Source: a virus. From it: a stretch of 64,000 nucleotides of DNA. The position numbers and the translations under genes were made by a program. Under the pieces are notes generated by a model. The model searched no databases, was not told the DNA's origin, and saw only the letters and a program-made list of their open reading frames with translations. The stretch is from the IMG/VR virus record IMGVR_UViG_3300045988_063132, positions 38,776 through 102,775 of that record; one strand, written 5' to 3'. Shown one piece after another: positions 30,701 to 40,400 of this stretch. Positions within the stretch are counted from its first letter, which is position 1. Every line of letters begins with the position of its first letter.

Positions 30701-30767
30701 CATTTTTTAATTCTTCGAATTCTCTTGCAACTTCTTCGTTTTTTAAATTAGGACAAATTATACTCAT
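24777..30767 (-). CDS. 1996-aa virion/cargo-type multidomain protein with zincin-like HExxH motif
   Basis: It contains HELVHAATVH. It is the last gene of the late operon, directly downstream of the RNAP-like gene. Confidence 0.55.
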   Translation of the reverse strand: MSIICPNLKNEEVAREFEELKNATSEAAAYHIWSLNNGNSIDKAPNGEPSKLFSDLLEHYNGDRVAAIQAKARTYSNSFRDWFGDWTNTIKPGNIIFGHPAIGKTYSLESGKYKDKLIDWDEEFNTKRDKWIEDHSNTVKGTPEYKKARNEYLIYPERHPDYVEFIKSEWERVKNKVKKEGKILFASPHNLLKMFPQDFNRIINLKDDDFIKRNIGRGGKEKESKLWKEGINETISNTTGIPVEYLNENQYFEDYLNEHLGISKVVDENGEPLVVYHGTNSTISDFNYKDDREFNPGFFFTSDKNYAESVAEAKSGNIIMPVFLKITNPIYTETDLVSKDIESIYIYEGKRNSDGIIGHDKYTGEFARSTGNEYLVTRPNQIKSIDNQGTFSTQDNNIYHNLSTVNGTSDSTLFERLFKQKFTVSARTILDRINRSNPELKHLTDTLNKLTSDVLKDVKLEYKPVHLPNHNKEVAASYNPNTNTIVIFGDSIFKGKDGLADSTILHELVHAATVHALQLNPSSRKSAQKLLDYARTAFEKKYRKSWKELSTSLEYKDVFYGLTNIDEFFAEAFANSSFIKELYQIESSKPVKNNSSFIKDLLDWIMGILSKLYKSKNNNLYNETMVELEHVMFIDNYQHEGFDEAAYEEAMRSLPEYYNVQKTSDEAKIKSILSNQKNHIAFESESHTYTNVDTGDVYTPVSVIKDLNGYGADIESMSDEDLAYGEYAAKVGTAIHDYIHSALTGEKTAPSEVKLADSAKKMIKNVVIPKIVKKGDKVIASEQIISNDAAKIAGTLDLLVKDSDGQIHLKDFKTKARVFKGKGKYGFDYYFSAKKETKKGGKPDASRHDYQLTLYKRMLELLGINIDHKEIIPLEYTIDENGVITEVWIPDLDYAQADGSIYHRTNNALEQEINQTVLTADANAITSDINSENLLRQSEIVSNILKVLKNQLAIYKVKGYTTKSEVIKKTIDELNSMEESEILVAYVKKSMDLLKPLIDEYNANLELERKGVQNIWNLRKLEAWKNYAQSFSNLEDIQNYLFLNPTALTGLSKKELSEFKESLATVVSYKNILENAYKSKGERIWLDWLAPFSSRVEADYRLDAEKAYKKANKGTDRLNDKVAMNKYIENYVSEHRNEIDLRSRELLRQQSKIATTSPLGMMSRMLDTVFESADPIVGAMARAYHTRWTESNMEFNNMYRDLISLTEELENAYPAFKSNPAKLYDFMIENDANGIRVISKLSPEFMVAYERAKKEINTNPKYETNKDKAVAIAGWLNENAPIEGKAELAREKTRVIDELLSSGKITAKEYKYLINNEKKDQSLKRSWADLVYRKQITEDVADYLRQKFNELNWNHRKPLSSKYPNKKWNDLEKIRNTNPQDIRVRFFDFISDLSKHGDSFVPDRFKLNGRLPGMSKVLAERVVSEGVTSQLIEAVKKDFTLRADDTDKGMQMTDELDRPIKFVPIFFTNILPSSEQSLDVATIYKEWFRSVNNYKYINDILPQLEYTKWVIENRKTIKTDSEGNPIKNVLSKIMNNGTNDIDPTTNALTTDENLIAQLNAWFDQVVYGINNKNLGTTFGLDNAKTLKMFEKYTSLKIMGLNTVSMINNALMAEVQQTMEAFANQYVSASSYTRATGEYLADMPNILGDIGSRKITSLTNLLNEHFGVFTDFNEGSLLENNRLSKLGKISTLYFTTNVGEHEAQSRFLLASLIEKRALNKKGEDIGSIFDYFTVENGKLVFDKEHKVANFSKKDQIAFGQQVTAILRKMHGNYASYSKVALQQYSVGKLVLMFRKWIWTTGKRRWAKEYYDEYGQTFSKGYYRDGGAYYYNKIRGFFERFVDEAKALEYAEKADWDTMTEAEKANVKRFTTEICLFMALTVMGMLLKEYKPDDDDSVMAQVFNHLDYQIFRLSTDMTFYISPASFMKIVQSPLPSSSVLKSVSNFIKALLTPTARFEKGDWKGELKIKKRAMDLIPLVRQIYRLRNIEDEKQLLSIL

Positions 30768-30773
30768 ATATGA

Positions 30774-33524
30774 TTAACTTTTAATACAATGATTCATTTC
30801 ATCAGTTGGAAATTCTTTAGAATCGTTAAACTCATTATTTGATTGATTCTTCGATTCTTCTTCTGGTTTCCTATGTTCTTCATTATCTTCAGTTACTTCA
30901 GTAGCTTCAACGTTTGTAACATCAAACGGATTGTCAATAGGAACAAACATTTCATTTTGTAAGAATTTAGGTTCAAATTCAATAGAAAGATCTGTAGCAT
31001 CTATCCTCTGATTACCATCAATAAAAGAAGTAGTAGTACCTTCATTAATGGTAAAACCTCTTTCCTTGAAGTTGATGGAATTGGTTGCAGCATATACAGG
31101 ATAATAATCTGTTTCATTTTGAAGTCTACCAACAAGTTTGAAAAGAGTATTGTTATACTGTAAATAAGGAACTGGTAAACCTGTAGTGGTATTATAGTCT
31201 CCTTGTTCTGTAGTAATGTACACTGTTTGACCTTCATGTAATTGCTGTCTGTTTGGTGTAGCAGATTGTACTATATCTTCTACGCCTTGTAAAGCTCTAA
31301 ATGCATAATCCACATATTTATTAAAATCTAAAGAGTTATCGTTAGAACGTTTTAACAAGTCTTTCAGATGTTGATTGTAAGTATAATCTACACCATCCAC
31401 AGTATAAGATAAATTACCCAGTACTTCAAAAGGTACTAAATCTAAAGTAGCATAAATACCTGTACCTCTACCACCACTAGTATAGAAGGAGTATATAATT
31501 AAATCTTTTGCAATATTTCTAACTTCTTCTGAACTATGTTCTAATAGATCTCTCCAAGCATAAGTGTATGCGTTCTTTGCATCTGTATCTCTTAATTTCA
31601 ATACTGTTTCAAATTTTTTAGGTTTACCTTCTACATTTATGCCAGGTATAAGCATCTTCAGTAACATGTTGTCGCTTAATTCTAGATACCTAGTACCAGT
31701 TAATATTTGATTTCTAAGTCTATCTACTCTGTCTACAATAGTGTTATTACCATAGAACATGTCTTTCAAATTTATATTGTTTTGCTTACAGTATTCATTA
31801 AAAAATTCCGCCTGCATCGCAAACTTCATTTCTGACATATACTTGGTTATATTGTTTGATTTTCTATCATAATAAGTATTCGATAATTCACCAAACTTAT
31901 TGACCATTTTTAAGAAACCTGGACTGAACTCTATCATTTCATTCTTAAGTAAGTCGAATAATAGACCTGTACTATTGTTTAGTTTTCTGCCTAAGAATGT
32001 TTTATTATACACATCTTCAGCATTAGTAAAATGAGGATCATCCATCATCCTTTCAATGTTATGTAAAGACAGTATCAATTCAGCTTGATTTTTACCCATT
32101 TTACCGGTATCCACCTGAGAAGCCAACACCATGTTACTTAATGCCTTACTATAGTTCTGAATATCTGTAAAATATTCATATATAATCACTTGATTTCTAT
32201 ACCAATCTGTAGAGAAGTTTTTATTATAATGATCTCTCAATTGTTCTTTTAACCATTCAGCATTAAATACTAAATCTTTTACATTGTAAGTATTACCATT
32301 CCATTCTATAGTAAGAGTTCCATCATCTAAACGACTGTAGAAATTCTTTTTATCAAGCTTGGCTGCTTTTTCGTATTTGTTTAATATAGAATCCTTCCAT
32401 CGTTTATCATTTCGCTCTTTCTTAGTAAGACCCATCTTTGATGAACCTCTTCTAATGGACTCATTTGCAATCTCTTTCAATACCGGTTGAGGTAAAAAGT
32501 AAAATTGATTCAAACCAACACCAGAGGAAGTTAATAAAGCTACTACATCATAAGTATACGAGTTTACATTTAAACGAGTAATATAAGAGTCTTTTGCAGC
32601 ATCTACGTGGGCATTGATCAATGCAGAAGTCCAATCCATGATGGAGATACCATTAGCATCAAATTTATCATACAAATTACCTATATTTGGTATAATACTA
32701 AAAAGATTTCTCTTTGTATTGACCTTGCCTCTTCTTCTAGATATTTCTATAGTTTTATCAAGATCCAATTTTGCGATTTGCATAATTACACGGAAGGTAT
32801 TAATCAAAGCCATAGGTCCAATACCAGCGTCTGCACCAACGTTTTGTGTTTTAACGTTTTCTTGATATAAAGGGAATAATGGTTCAAGATTGTTATAATT
32901 CTTATTGATATTAGAATAAGAATCAACCACTTTTACAGCTTCTTTTAATGCGTCTGTAGCAAAGTCCAAAGGTACTGTTGCATCCATATAATGATTTGAA
33001 GAAGTTAAAGTCGTTTGGAATACTTCTAGCAATCTATTTTCAATCTGTCTGTGATCATTTAATTGCCATTTATTTTTACCAGAATTCTCTTGCACAAATT
33101 CTTCAAAAGTCATTTTTCTATCTTCGAACTTGAAAGATGATGCTAATTTAAGAATCTTTTTATTAGGAGCTAATTCTGGATCTCTTAAAATTTGATTAAA
33201 CTTTCTTTGACCTATAAAGATTGAATATTTATTTTTCATACTCTTGAGTATATTAATAGAATCTTCAGTTAATTCTCCATTTCTATTAATATCCACCAGT
33301 ACAGATTGTAATATTTTAGGTATTTCTACTTTTGCTTGTTTGTAGAAATCTGTATTAAACCAACGATATCTATGATCGTATACTTTTTTCAAGTATTCTT
33401 CTTCGTTCAAATAAATCGGATTACCTAATTCATCTAATCCTACATAATCATCAATGAATTCTGTCTTATATAATTTACCACCTATTACATCATAATTATA
33501 TCTAGCTAGATACATTTTATCAAC
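30774..33524 (-). CDS. giant multisubunit-RNAP-like protein, exon 2 (begins VDKMY...)
   Basis: The frame is open upstream of the annotated Met. The predicted 3' splice site after omega-G (plus 33525) yields D-F-D|V-D-K-M. Compare the beta-prime NADFDGDQM motif. Confidence 0.6.
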   Translation of the reverse strand, partial: VDKMYLARYNYDVIGGKLYKTEFIDDYVGLDELGNPIYLNEEEYLKKVYDHRYRWFNTDFYKQAKVEIPKILQSVLVDINRNGELTEDSINILKSMKNKYSIFIGQRKFNQILRDPELAPNKKILKLASSFKFEDRKMTFEEFVQENSGKNKWQLNDHRQIENRLLEVFQTTLTSSNHYMDATVPLDFATDALKEAVKVVDSYSNINKNYNNLEPLFPLYQENVKTQNVGADAGIGPMALINTFRVIMQIAKLDLDKTIEISRRRGKVNTKRNLFSIIPNIGNLYDKFDANGISIMDWTSALINAHVDAAKDSYITRLNVNSYTYDVVALLTSSGVGLNQFYFLPQPVLKEIANESIRRGSSKMGLTKKERNDKRWKDSILNKYEKAAKLDKKNFYSRLDDGTLTIEWNGNTYNVKDLVFNAEWLKEQLRDHYNKNFSTDWYRNQVIIYEYFTDIQNYSKALSNMVLASQVDTGKMGKNQAELILSLHNIERMMDDPHFTNAEDVYNKTFLGRKLNNSTGLLFDLLKNEMIEFSPGFLKMVNKFGELSNTYYDRKSNNITKYMSEMKFAMQAEFFNEYCKQNNINLKDMFYGNNTIVDRVDRLRNQILTGTRYLELSDNMLLKMLIPGINVEGKPKKFETVLKLRDTDAKNAYTYAWRDLLEHSSEEVRNIAKDLIIYSFYTSGGRGTGIYATLDLVPFEVLGNLSYTVDGVDYTYNQHLKDLLKRSNDNSLDFNKYVDYAFRALQGVEDIVQSATPNRQQLHEGQTVYITTEQGDYNTTTGLPVPYLQYNNTLFKLVGRLQNETDYYPVYAATNSINFKERGFTINEGTTTSFIDGNQRIDATDLSIEFEPKFLQNEMFVPIDNPFDVTNVEATEVTEDNEEHRKPEEESKNQSNNEFNDSKEFPTDEMNHCIKS

Positions 33525-34427
33525 CGCTACTACCTTATATCTCTATAAGGGCTAGACTATATCTTCACCTTACGGTGCTCCCCATTTCGCCTTTCGGCTA
33601 CACAGCGTGTGTACGCTGACTCAAATCATATTGAATTTTATGAATCATTGAAGGAACCTGTTCAACAAATGGTTTTACAATGTTTATAAACTTTATTCCT
33701 TCTTTTGTTCCACAGCATAAAGAATAACTGTTTTCTTTTTTGCCTTCGTGAAACATATAAAAATCAATATTCCAAACTTCTTTAAAGTAATCTATTATTA
33801 TTTGTAATTCTTCTTTTGGCATACAAGTTGCAATTTTTATATAGAAACCATGAACTTTACCATTAGTTGTTCTATAATTTATATGTCCATCATCCATATA
33901 CCAAATTGCAATTCCTTTAGCATCAAGTCTATTTAACAATTTTCTATTACCTATTTTTTTATAAGGTTTGTAAAAAACTCTTCTTAAGACCTTTACAAAA
34001 GGTATAATATTTAATTGTGTGTAATAAACTGTTTTACCAGTATTATAACCTTTAACACTGACGTATTCTTTTAAACCGTTGTTTCGTAAACCTGCTTCTT
34101 TAAGTTGTTCTATTTTCCACTCAAGATAATCGCGTTGTTCTTCACAATGACTTAATTTAAATACGTTGTTATTACTTATTGTTCCATCACCAAGTAAAAG
34201 AGCTATTAATAAATTTCTAGATTCTTTAGTTATTTTTGTTTTCATATTTGCTATCCATTTAGGAAGCTTCAGTTGAGTATTAGTCGTTGAACCTTCCGAT
34301 TAGTTATATAGATAACGATCGGCTTGGCTGCTGGTTGCCCAATCCTTTGGGTTTTTACTACGCTTAGTACCTTAGGCTCTAAGGGGTTTCCAGCAATTAA
34401 AGGAGTTTTACTTCAACTATGTTGTTA
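33525..34427 (-). mobile_element. group I intron (903 nt) carrying a LAGLIDADG homing endonuclease in P8
   Basis: P1 pairs exon CUUCGAU with intron GUUGAAG, giving a U-G. P10 pairs intron CAAC with exon-2 GUUG. The P element aattgctggaaac and Q element aaccagcagcc are present. The R element ggttcaacgactaatac is at plus 34278-34294. The S element gaagatatagtctagccc is at plus 33549-33566. The intron ends in G. Confidence 0.75.
33598..34245 (-). CDS. LAGLIDADG homing endonuclease (intron-encoded)
   Basis: Two LAGLIDADG motifs are present: LIALLLGDGTIS and IAIWYMDDGHIN. Confidence 0.75.
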   Translation of the reverse strand: MKTKITKESRNLLIALLLGDGTISNNNVFKLSHCEEQRDYLEWKIEQLKEAGLRNNGLKEYVSVKGYNTGKTVYYTQLNIIPFVKVLRRVFYKPYKKIGNRKLLNRLDAKGIAIWYMDDGHINYRTTNGKVHGFYIKIATCMPKEELQIIIDYFKEVWNIDFYMFHEGKKENSYSLCCGTKEGIKFINIVKPFVEQVPSMIHKIQYDLSQRTHAV

Positions 34428-37400
34428 ATCGAAGTCCGCACCGGTTAACTTAGTTAATTCGGCAGGTAATACGATAGTATCCCCAACATTCGATGGCAAT
34501 ACGTCTACTATAGTAATAGGTAATGTAGAGTTCATACCCTGAGTAGGAATACGATAAGACAGAACTGCTAAATCCTGATTATCTAAGATGAATTTTTTAG
34601 CCTCTTCAAAGTAAGAAGTGTTATTCTTTTTTGCTTGTTCTAATAAATAATCTTTTGGCAGTACATCTTTGAATAGATTTATAGATACAATTGCTTGTAA
34701 TCTATTATTTTCATCCTTAAATCGAAGTTCTTTATTGAATTTATATTCATATTTGCTAGCGTCTACTTCAGCAAAAGAATCTTTGTAAGCAAAGTTAGAC
34801 ATCTGAATCATGGAACCACCAGGAGTATTTATATCTATGGTTTCTTTCTTAATCATAGATATGATACGACTTTGAATCCAGGCTAATGCAGGTATACCAG
34901 ATAATTCAATATAGTAATCTTTGTTACCATCTTCATTTTCAATGGTTTTTAAAACATCAATAAGATTTGATGGTAAGTTACTATTTATGGCATCATCCTT
35001 TAACATTTGAACAAACTTGTCACGATTAACGGTCATATAGGTTTTACCATTCTCTGTTATTTCGCTTATCCCAAACTGTTCATATATGTTATTTCTACCA
35101 ATATCTGATAAAGCTGAAATAGCTCCTACGTAGTCATCAATTAATTGCTTACCAGAATATTTTACGCCTTCGTATTCATACACATCATTGTCTTCTACTC
35201 CAGCAACACCAATTTTAGCCATCTGAGTACCTAACGAGATTCTAGATACATGGTGAGGATCTGTTACCAACTGTTTACCTAAATACTTGAATGATTGTTC
35301 ATATACAGGAATTTCTTGTAATTCTGTATTAGGTTTACCATCTACATAGAATGTACCTTTTTGTCTTAAACCTGATTTTACAGAAGTATCAAATTTAATC
35401 ATGTCTACATCTTTATCATTCATTAAATCATATACTTTCTGTAAGTCTCTACCTTTTGCTACTCTTTTGAATACAGTAGCCAATGACATCTTATCGTAGA
35501 TGGGTATCTGTAATCCATTAATGAAATCATAACCAAAATGTATGTATTTCAATGGTTGCATTACTACAGAATAAGCATACAATTCATCTTCTAATGATAA
35601 AGGCTCATCTGATTCCATTAAATTATAAGCTTCTTCTTTTTCTCCATTCCACTCACCATTCATGATGGCAAGTTTTCTAAACATCTTTGGGCTAATAAGT
35701 ACCTGCGCATCTGTTTGGTCAGTTTCAAGATAACCATTTAAACGTTTATCAGCTTCTTTAACCACCTCTTCTTTCAATTGTTCATCAGTCATATCAGCAA
35801 ATCTACCAACACGTCTTTCTCTGAACATCTCAAACTGTTTCCAAAGTAAACCATGATTGTCATCAGTACCTACGTACTTCGACATCATTTCATTATACAT
35901 TACTCTGGATTCTACAATGTTTGAATTGAAAATAGCAGTTTTATACTTGTGCGTATCAAAGTCTAAGAATCCTTCTGGCCAATTTTCACGTAATACAGAT
36001 TTTGTTGAAGTTAATGCAGAATAACGTTTTACTCTATCATCCAACATTGCCTGATAGTCTTTACTACCTTTATAAAACGCAACATCCCCTGATACAAGTT
36101 TTTCAAATTCATACACAGCGATTGCTGAATTTATAGCATAATCTGCAATAGCTTCTGCTAAATCAATTTTTTCATTAACCTTTTGTTTTACAATAGATGC
36201 TGGTAAAAGTCTATTACTAAATATAAGATTTGTATTTATCCTTTTACTGTCGTTTTCTTTTATAAACTCATCATCCAGATACTTTTCGTTACCGTTTATC
36301 AATTTCTGATTAATAAACTGTTTTATAGTGTTGTTAACTTGTTGAATAAGACTCTCTTCAATTACTTTTCTAAGACCTTTACTATTAATATCAAAGAATT
36401 TATCATCTGATAATTTATTTTGTAAAGATGAGAAATATCTGAATTTGTAACCATTACCTGTTAAACGCATTGCACCACCTTTAACAATGTAATGGTAGTT
36501 TTCAACAAGTTCTTTATAATTCGTATCTTTCTCTTTCATTAAAGAATCCTGTTCAACTTTTGACATCTTGTTCCAAGATTCTTCAGAAACACCAAGTCTA
36601 TTTAAGAAGTTATTCTTAGCATTTATTGCAGCTTGAATTGTAGAGTATTCATTGATAGCATAATTTACAAATAAATCAATAGTTTCTTTATTCAAAGAAC
36701 CATTTTGAATAGTAACCTCTTGACGATTCAAACCTGTTATAAAATAGAATGTACGTTTGTTTGCAAGAGTTGGTAAAGGTAAACGATTGTTTCTTACAGC
36801 ATTGAATTTAAGTAATAAGTCTTCATTTGGTGCTATATCCAAATACCCACGTCCTGTATCATAGCCATCTTTATCAATCATAGATAGCATTGTATCAACG
36901 TGAACATTAGATCTTACTTTGGGATCAGTCATCTGTTGCAACCAAAATGAAGATTTATTATAAGTTACACCATTTATCTGAGTAAAGAAGCTATCGTCTT
37001 TTAACCATTCTTCAAACATAGAAGTAATGGTGTTATTTTCACTATACGCATAAACCAAGTTGCCATCTGGTCCTAACACACTATCATCTTCCGCTGTAGG
37101 ATTTGCAGCAACATATGCTTTTGCCAATTCTGCTACCGATTTTTCTTTGCTTAGTAAATTTAAAGCATGACTAGTTACATCTTCTATTTTGTCGTTAACC
37201 AAATTGTAAAACAAACCTTGTTCTCCAAATAATTGGTCTAATCCTACAGGATCTTTAGAACCAACTCTAGGTACACCATTTATAAGATTTTTTAAAGCAA
37301 CGTTTAGATTGCTATTAAAATAATGATTATTTAATAAAACACCGATCGCATCACCATCTACAGCAATGTTCACATTGTTAAGTATGCGGACTAATTCTAG

Positions 37401-40400
37401 TACATTCTCGGCATAATCGTTTTTAAGGAAATTGTGCTTTTTAGATTTATTTTTTAACTCTTTATAATCTGCAATAGCTTGTTGTAAAACATTCTTATTT
37501 GCAAATGTACCATTTACACCGAATGTTGCTGACCAGTTCTGTTCAAGTCTATTAGAACGTTTATTAACATCAGCGTCACCATAAGTAATAGTATAAGAAG
37601 TTAGCTCTTTACCTTTATCATTGGTATCCTTACCAAAGTAAGCGTTAATAAATCTATTTCTGTGTTTTTTAAACGTATTCCAGAATCTTGTTTTCAACAT
37701 TTCATCCTCGTTACCACTTTCATCCTTAGTGGTAAGGATTTCATACAATTCTGAATACATATTTATCTTACTAGAATCTCCTTTGGCTTGTCTGATAGTA
37801 CTGGTTTCATCTGCTTTTTTCTTCAACAGCTCCAACATTTCATCTATAGACTTTGCATTGTGAATTGTACTAAAGGCATTAAACCAAGCTACATCGGGAT
37901 TTATATATACAGGAAGGAATGTTTCTGGATCTAATGTTTCAGAATCTTTTAATGTTAAAAACATTACTCTAATATCCGCTTGCGCATTTTCTTTTGCTGA
38001 AAATTCATAAGCGGATCTTATTTCATCATTAACTAAGTCATTTAGATCATCTTTTTCCTCTAGTTTAGATTCTACTCTACGTATATTAAATCCTTGCAAC
38101 TTAACATCAATAAGAGGTCTAAACACTGTATCAAAGTTATCAAGTATTTCATTATAAAGATCTACCTTTTCTTCGTAGATAGCTCTTTCTAATTCACCAA
38201 ACGCTTCGTTTTGTGAGGCTGCTAAATGCTTATCTCTGATGTCAATTAGTTGATCTTTTACTGCCTTAAAACTTAATCCTCTCTCTAAACTTTCTATATT
38301 CTGTATACCATTAACATCTATGGTCATAGAAGTTAAAGTACTAACAATATTTCCAAGTAAAGAGCTATTGTAAATTTGATGCAATGTGACTCCATTAACA
38401 GTAAGAGGTGCATCCGCATTTGCATATCTTTGATTAAAATTAGTTAATGCCGCTTTGTTAATCTTAGCAAATTTATATTTACCGTTTTTAATAGCATTAA
38501 AAAATCCATCAATATTATCTATTTTGGTTTTGTTTAAACCTAAGAATGATTTAATAAAGTTTTTAATATCTGAAATAACTCTACCTAACTTACTGTGGGA
38601 ATCGGGAGTATTATTGATAACATCTTCTCGGAAACGTTCAGCTAAAAATTCTTCCACTTCATTATCGTTACGATTAAATAGTGAATATTCTTTTCTAGCT
38701 AAATTGTACATTCTGGCTTGTTCTTCCGGACTCAACAATAATAATGATACTCTATGAAAAGCTTCATGATAAGCAGCACCAGCCGCTGGACGTTCAAACA
38801 AGGTTACACCATCCTCATTCATTATTGACCATGCCCAACCAGGTCTACCAGATTCTCCAATTATACGAATTAATTGATCTACCAATTTAATATTACCACC
38901 AGCTCTTTTACCAAGCATTCTACGATAATTTAATAATTCTTTTTCTAAATCAGAAGTTTGTTTAACATTATCATAAACCTGCATTGATACAGAAGGTTTC
39001 TTACCAAAAGTAGTAAACTTATTTTTTGGTTTTTTTCTAGTAAAACCAATCATTTCATCAGTAATACCGGCAGCTTTATTTAACTCTCTTGGATCTAATG
39101 GAGCGTTGGTAACAGGAGCTTCTTTTACTGGAGATTCTTTGATTTTTCTTTCTCTTAATTTAAGAGTACCTTTACGTATGTCATTATAAATTTCAAAATT
39201 AGGTATAGAATCTGAAATTTGATCATTCATTCTAGATAAGAAATCAATCATCTCATCAGAATCCATTTGATCAAAATTGTTTCTATAGTCATTTACCAAA
39301 TTTTGGTATTCGGCTGCGTCTTTTACATACGCTCCTAATTTAAACGGAGATGTTTCCTTAGTAATCTCAACAAGAGGTTTTTCAGTATCCGTTGCTTTCT
39401 CATCTACTTTTTCTGGCACAGTTTTTACTGGAGAAATTTGTTGAGATGCTTCTACTGGAATTACTTTACCTAAATTTAAAAGTATTCTACTTACCGTATT
39501 CCCATCTGGGAAAGTATAATCCAATAAATTTGATAACTCTTCTTTTGTTATATTCGCACTAGGTATTGCTTTACGTTTTGTCAACAATGATCTAACAGCA
39601 CTATCATACATCAATTTGCTAGATAATGTTGATAAATTATTTATAAGTCTATCATAAACCTCACGTAATTTTTTCACCTCTTCCGTTTGCTCAATGGAAT
39701 CAAAAGGATTATTAGTAAGCAAACCAAAAGTATTTGTATTTTTTGGTTCAGGTTTAGCTGTTTCTTTTCTTTTAGACTCTGCAGAAGGTTTTACAGTTTT
39801 TGGTGGAGCAATTGTAGCCTTTTTAATAGCTTCATAGTACTTGGGATTTTCAATTTGTTTATTTTGTTTGTTGACTGTAACAGTTTTTTGTGTATAAATC
39901 TTTAAACCTGTTTTATCAACAGTAACCAATTTACCCTCATCTTTTACTTTTTCCTGAGCTTCTGGATGTTCACTTTCATATTTTATAAGATCATCTATAC
40001 TCTTGTTATACACATCTACAAGGGCTTTTCTTATATTCTGTGAAAGTTCTTCTTCATTTAACCCTTCAATATTTAACAGTTCTTCTCCTTTTAAGGAAAC
40101 CAATTTAGTTCCTTGTTTTACTAAAGCTGCTTTATTTGCATACTTTTGAGCACCCGGAATTTTTGCAGTTATAGTACTACCGTCTGGTAAATTGTTTATC
40201 TTTTCAGATAAATTTTCTACACTTTTAAATACGATTTCCTCTTTTTCAAAGACTTCAGAAGTTTTCTCTTCCTTCGGAGAAGGAACACTATCTGTAGTAA
40301 TAACTCTCTCGGTTATAGGAATGTTTTGTACTACCAAATAAGATTTTGAAATTAAACCTTTAGATATATCTAAATCAGTACTTAAAAAATCATTATCAAT

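Noticed and set aside
34246-34424. A UTR or promoter region between the 3447-aa ORF and the LAGLIDADG gene.
   Set aside because: The segment carries the intron P1, P, Q and R elements, so it is the 5' part of the intron and not an intergenic region.
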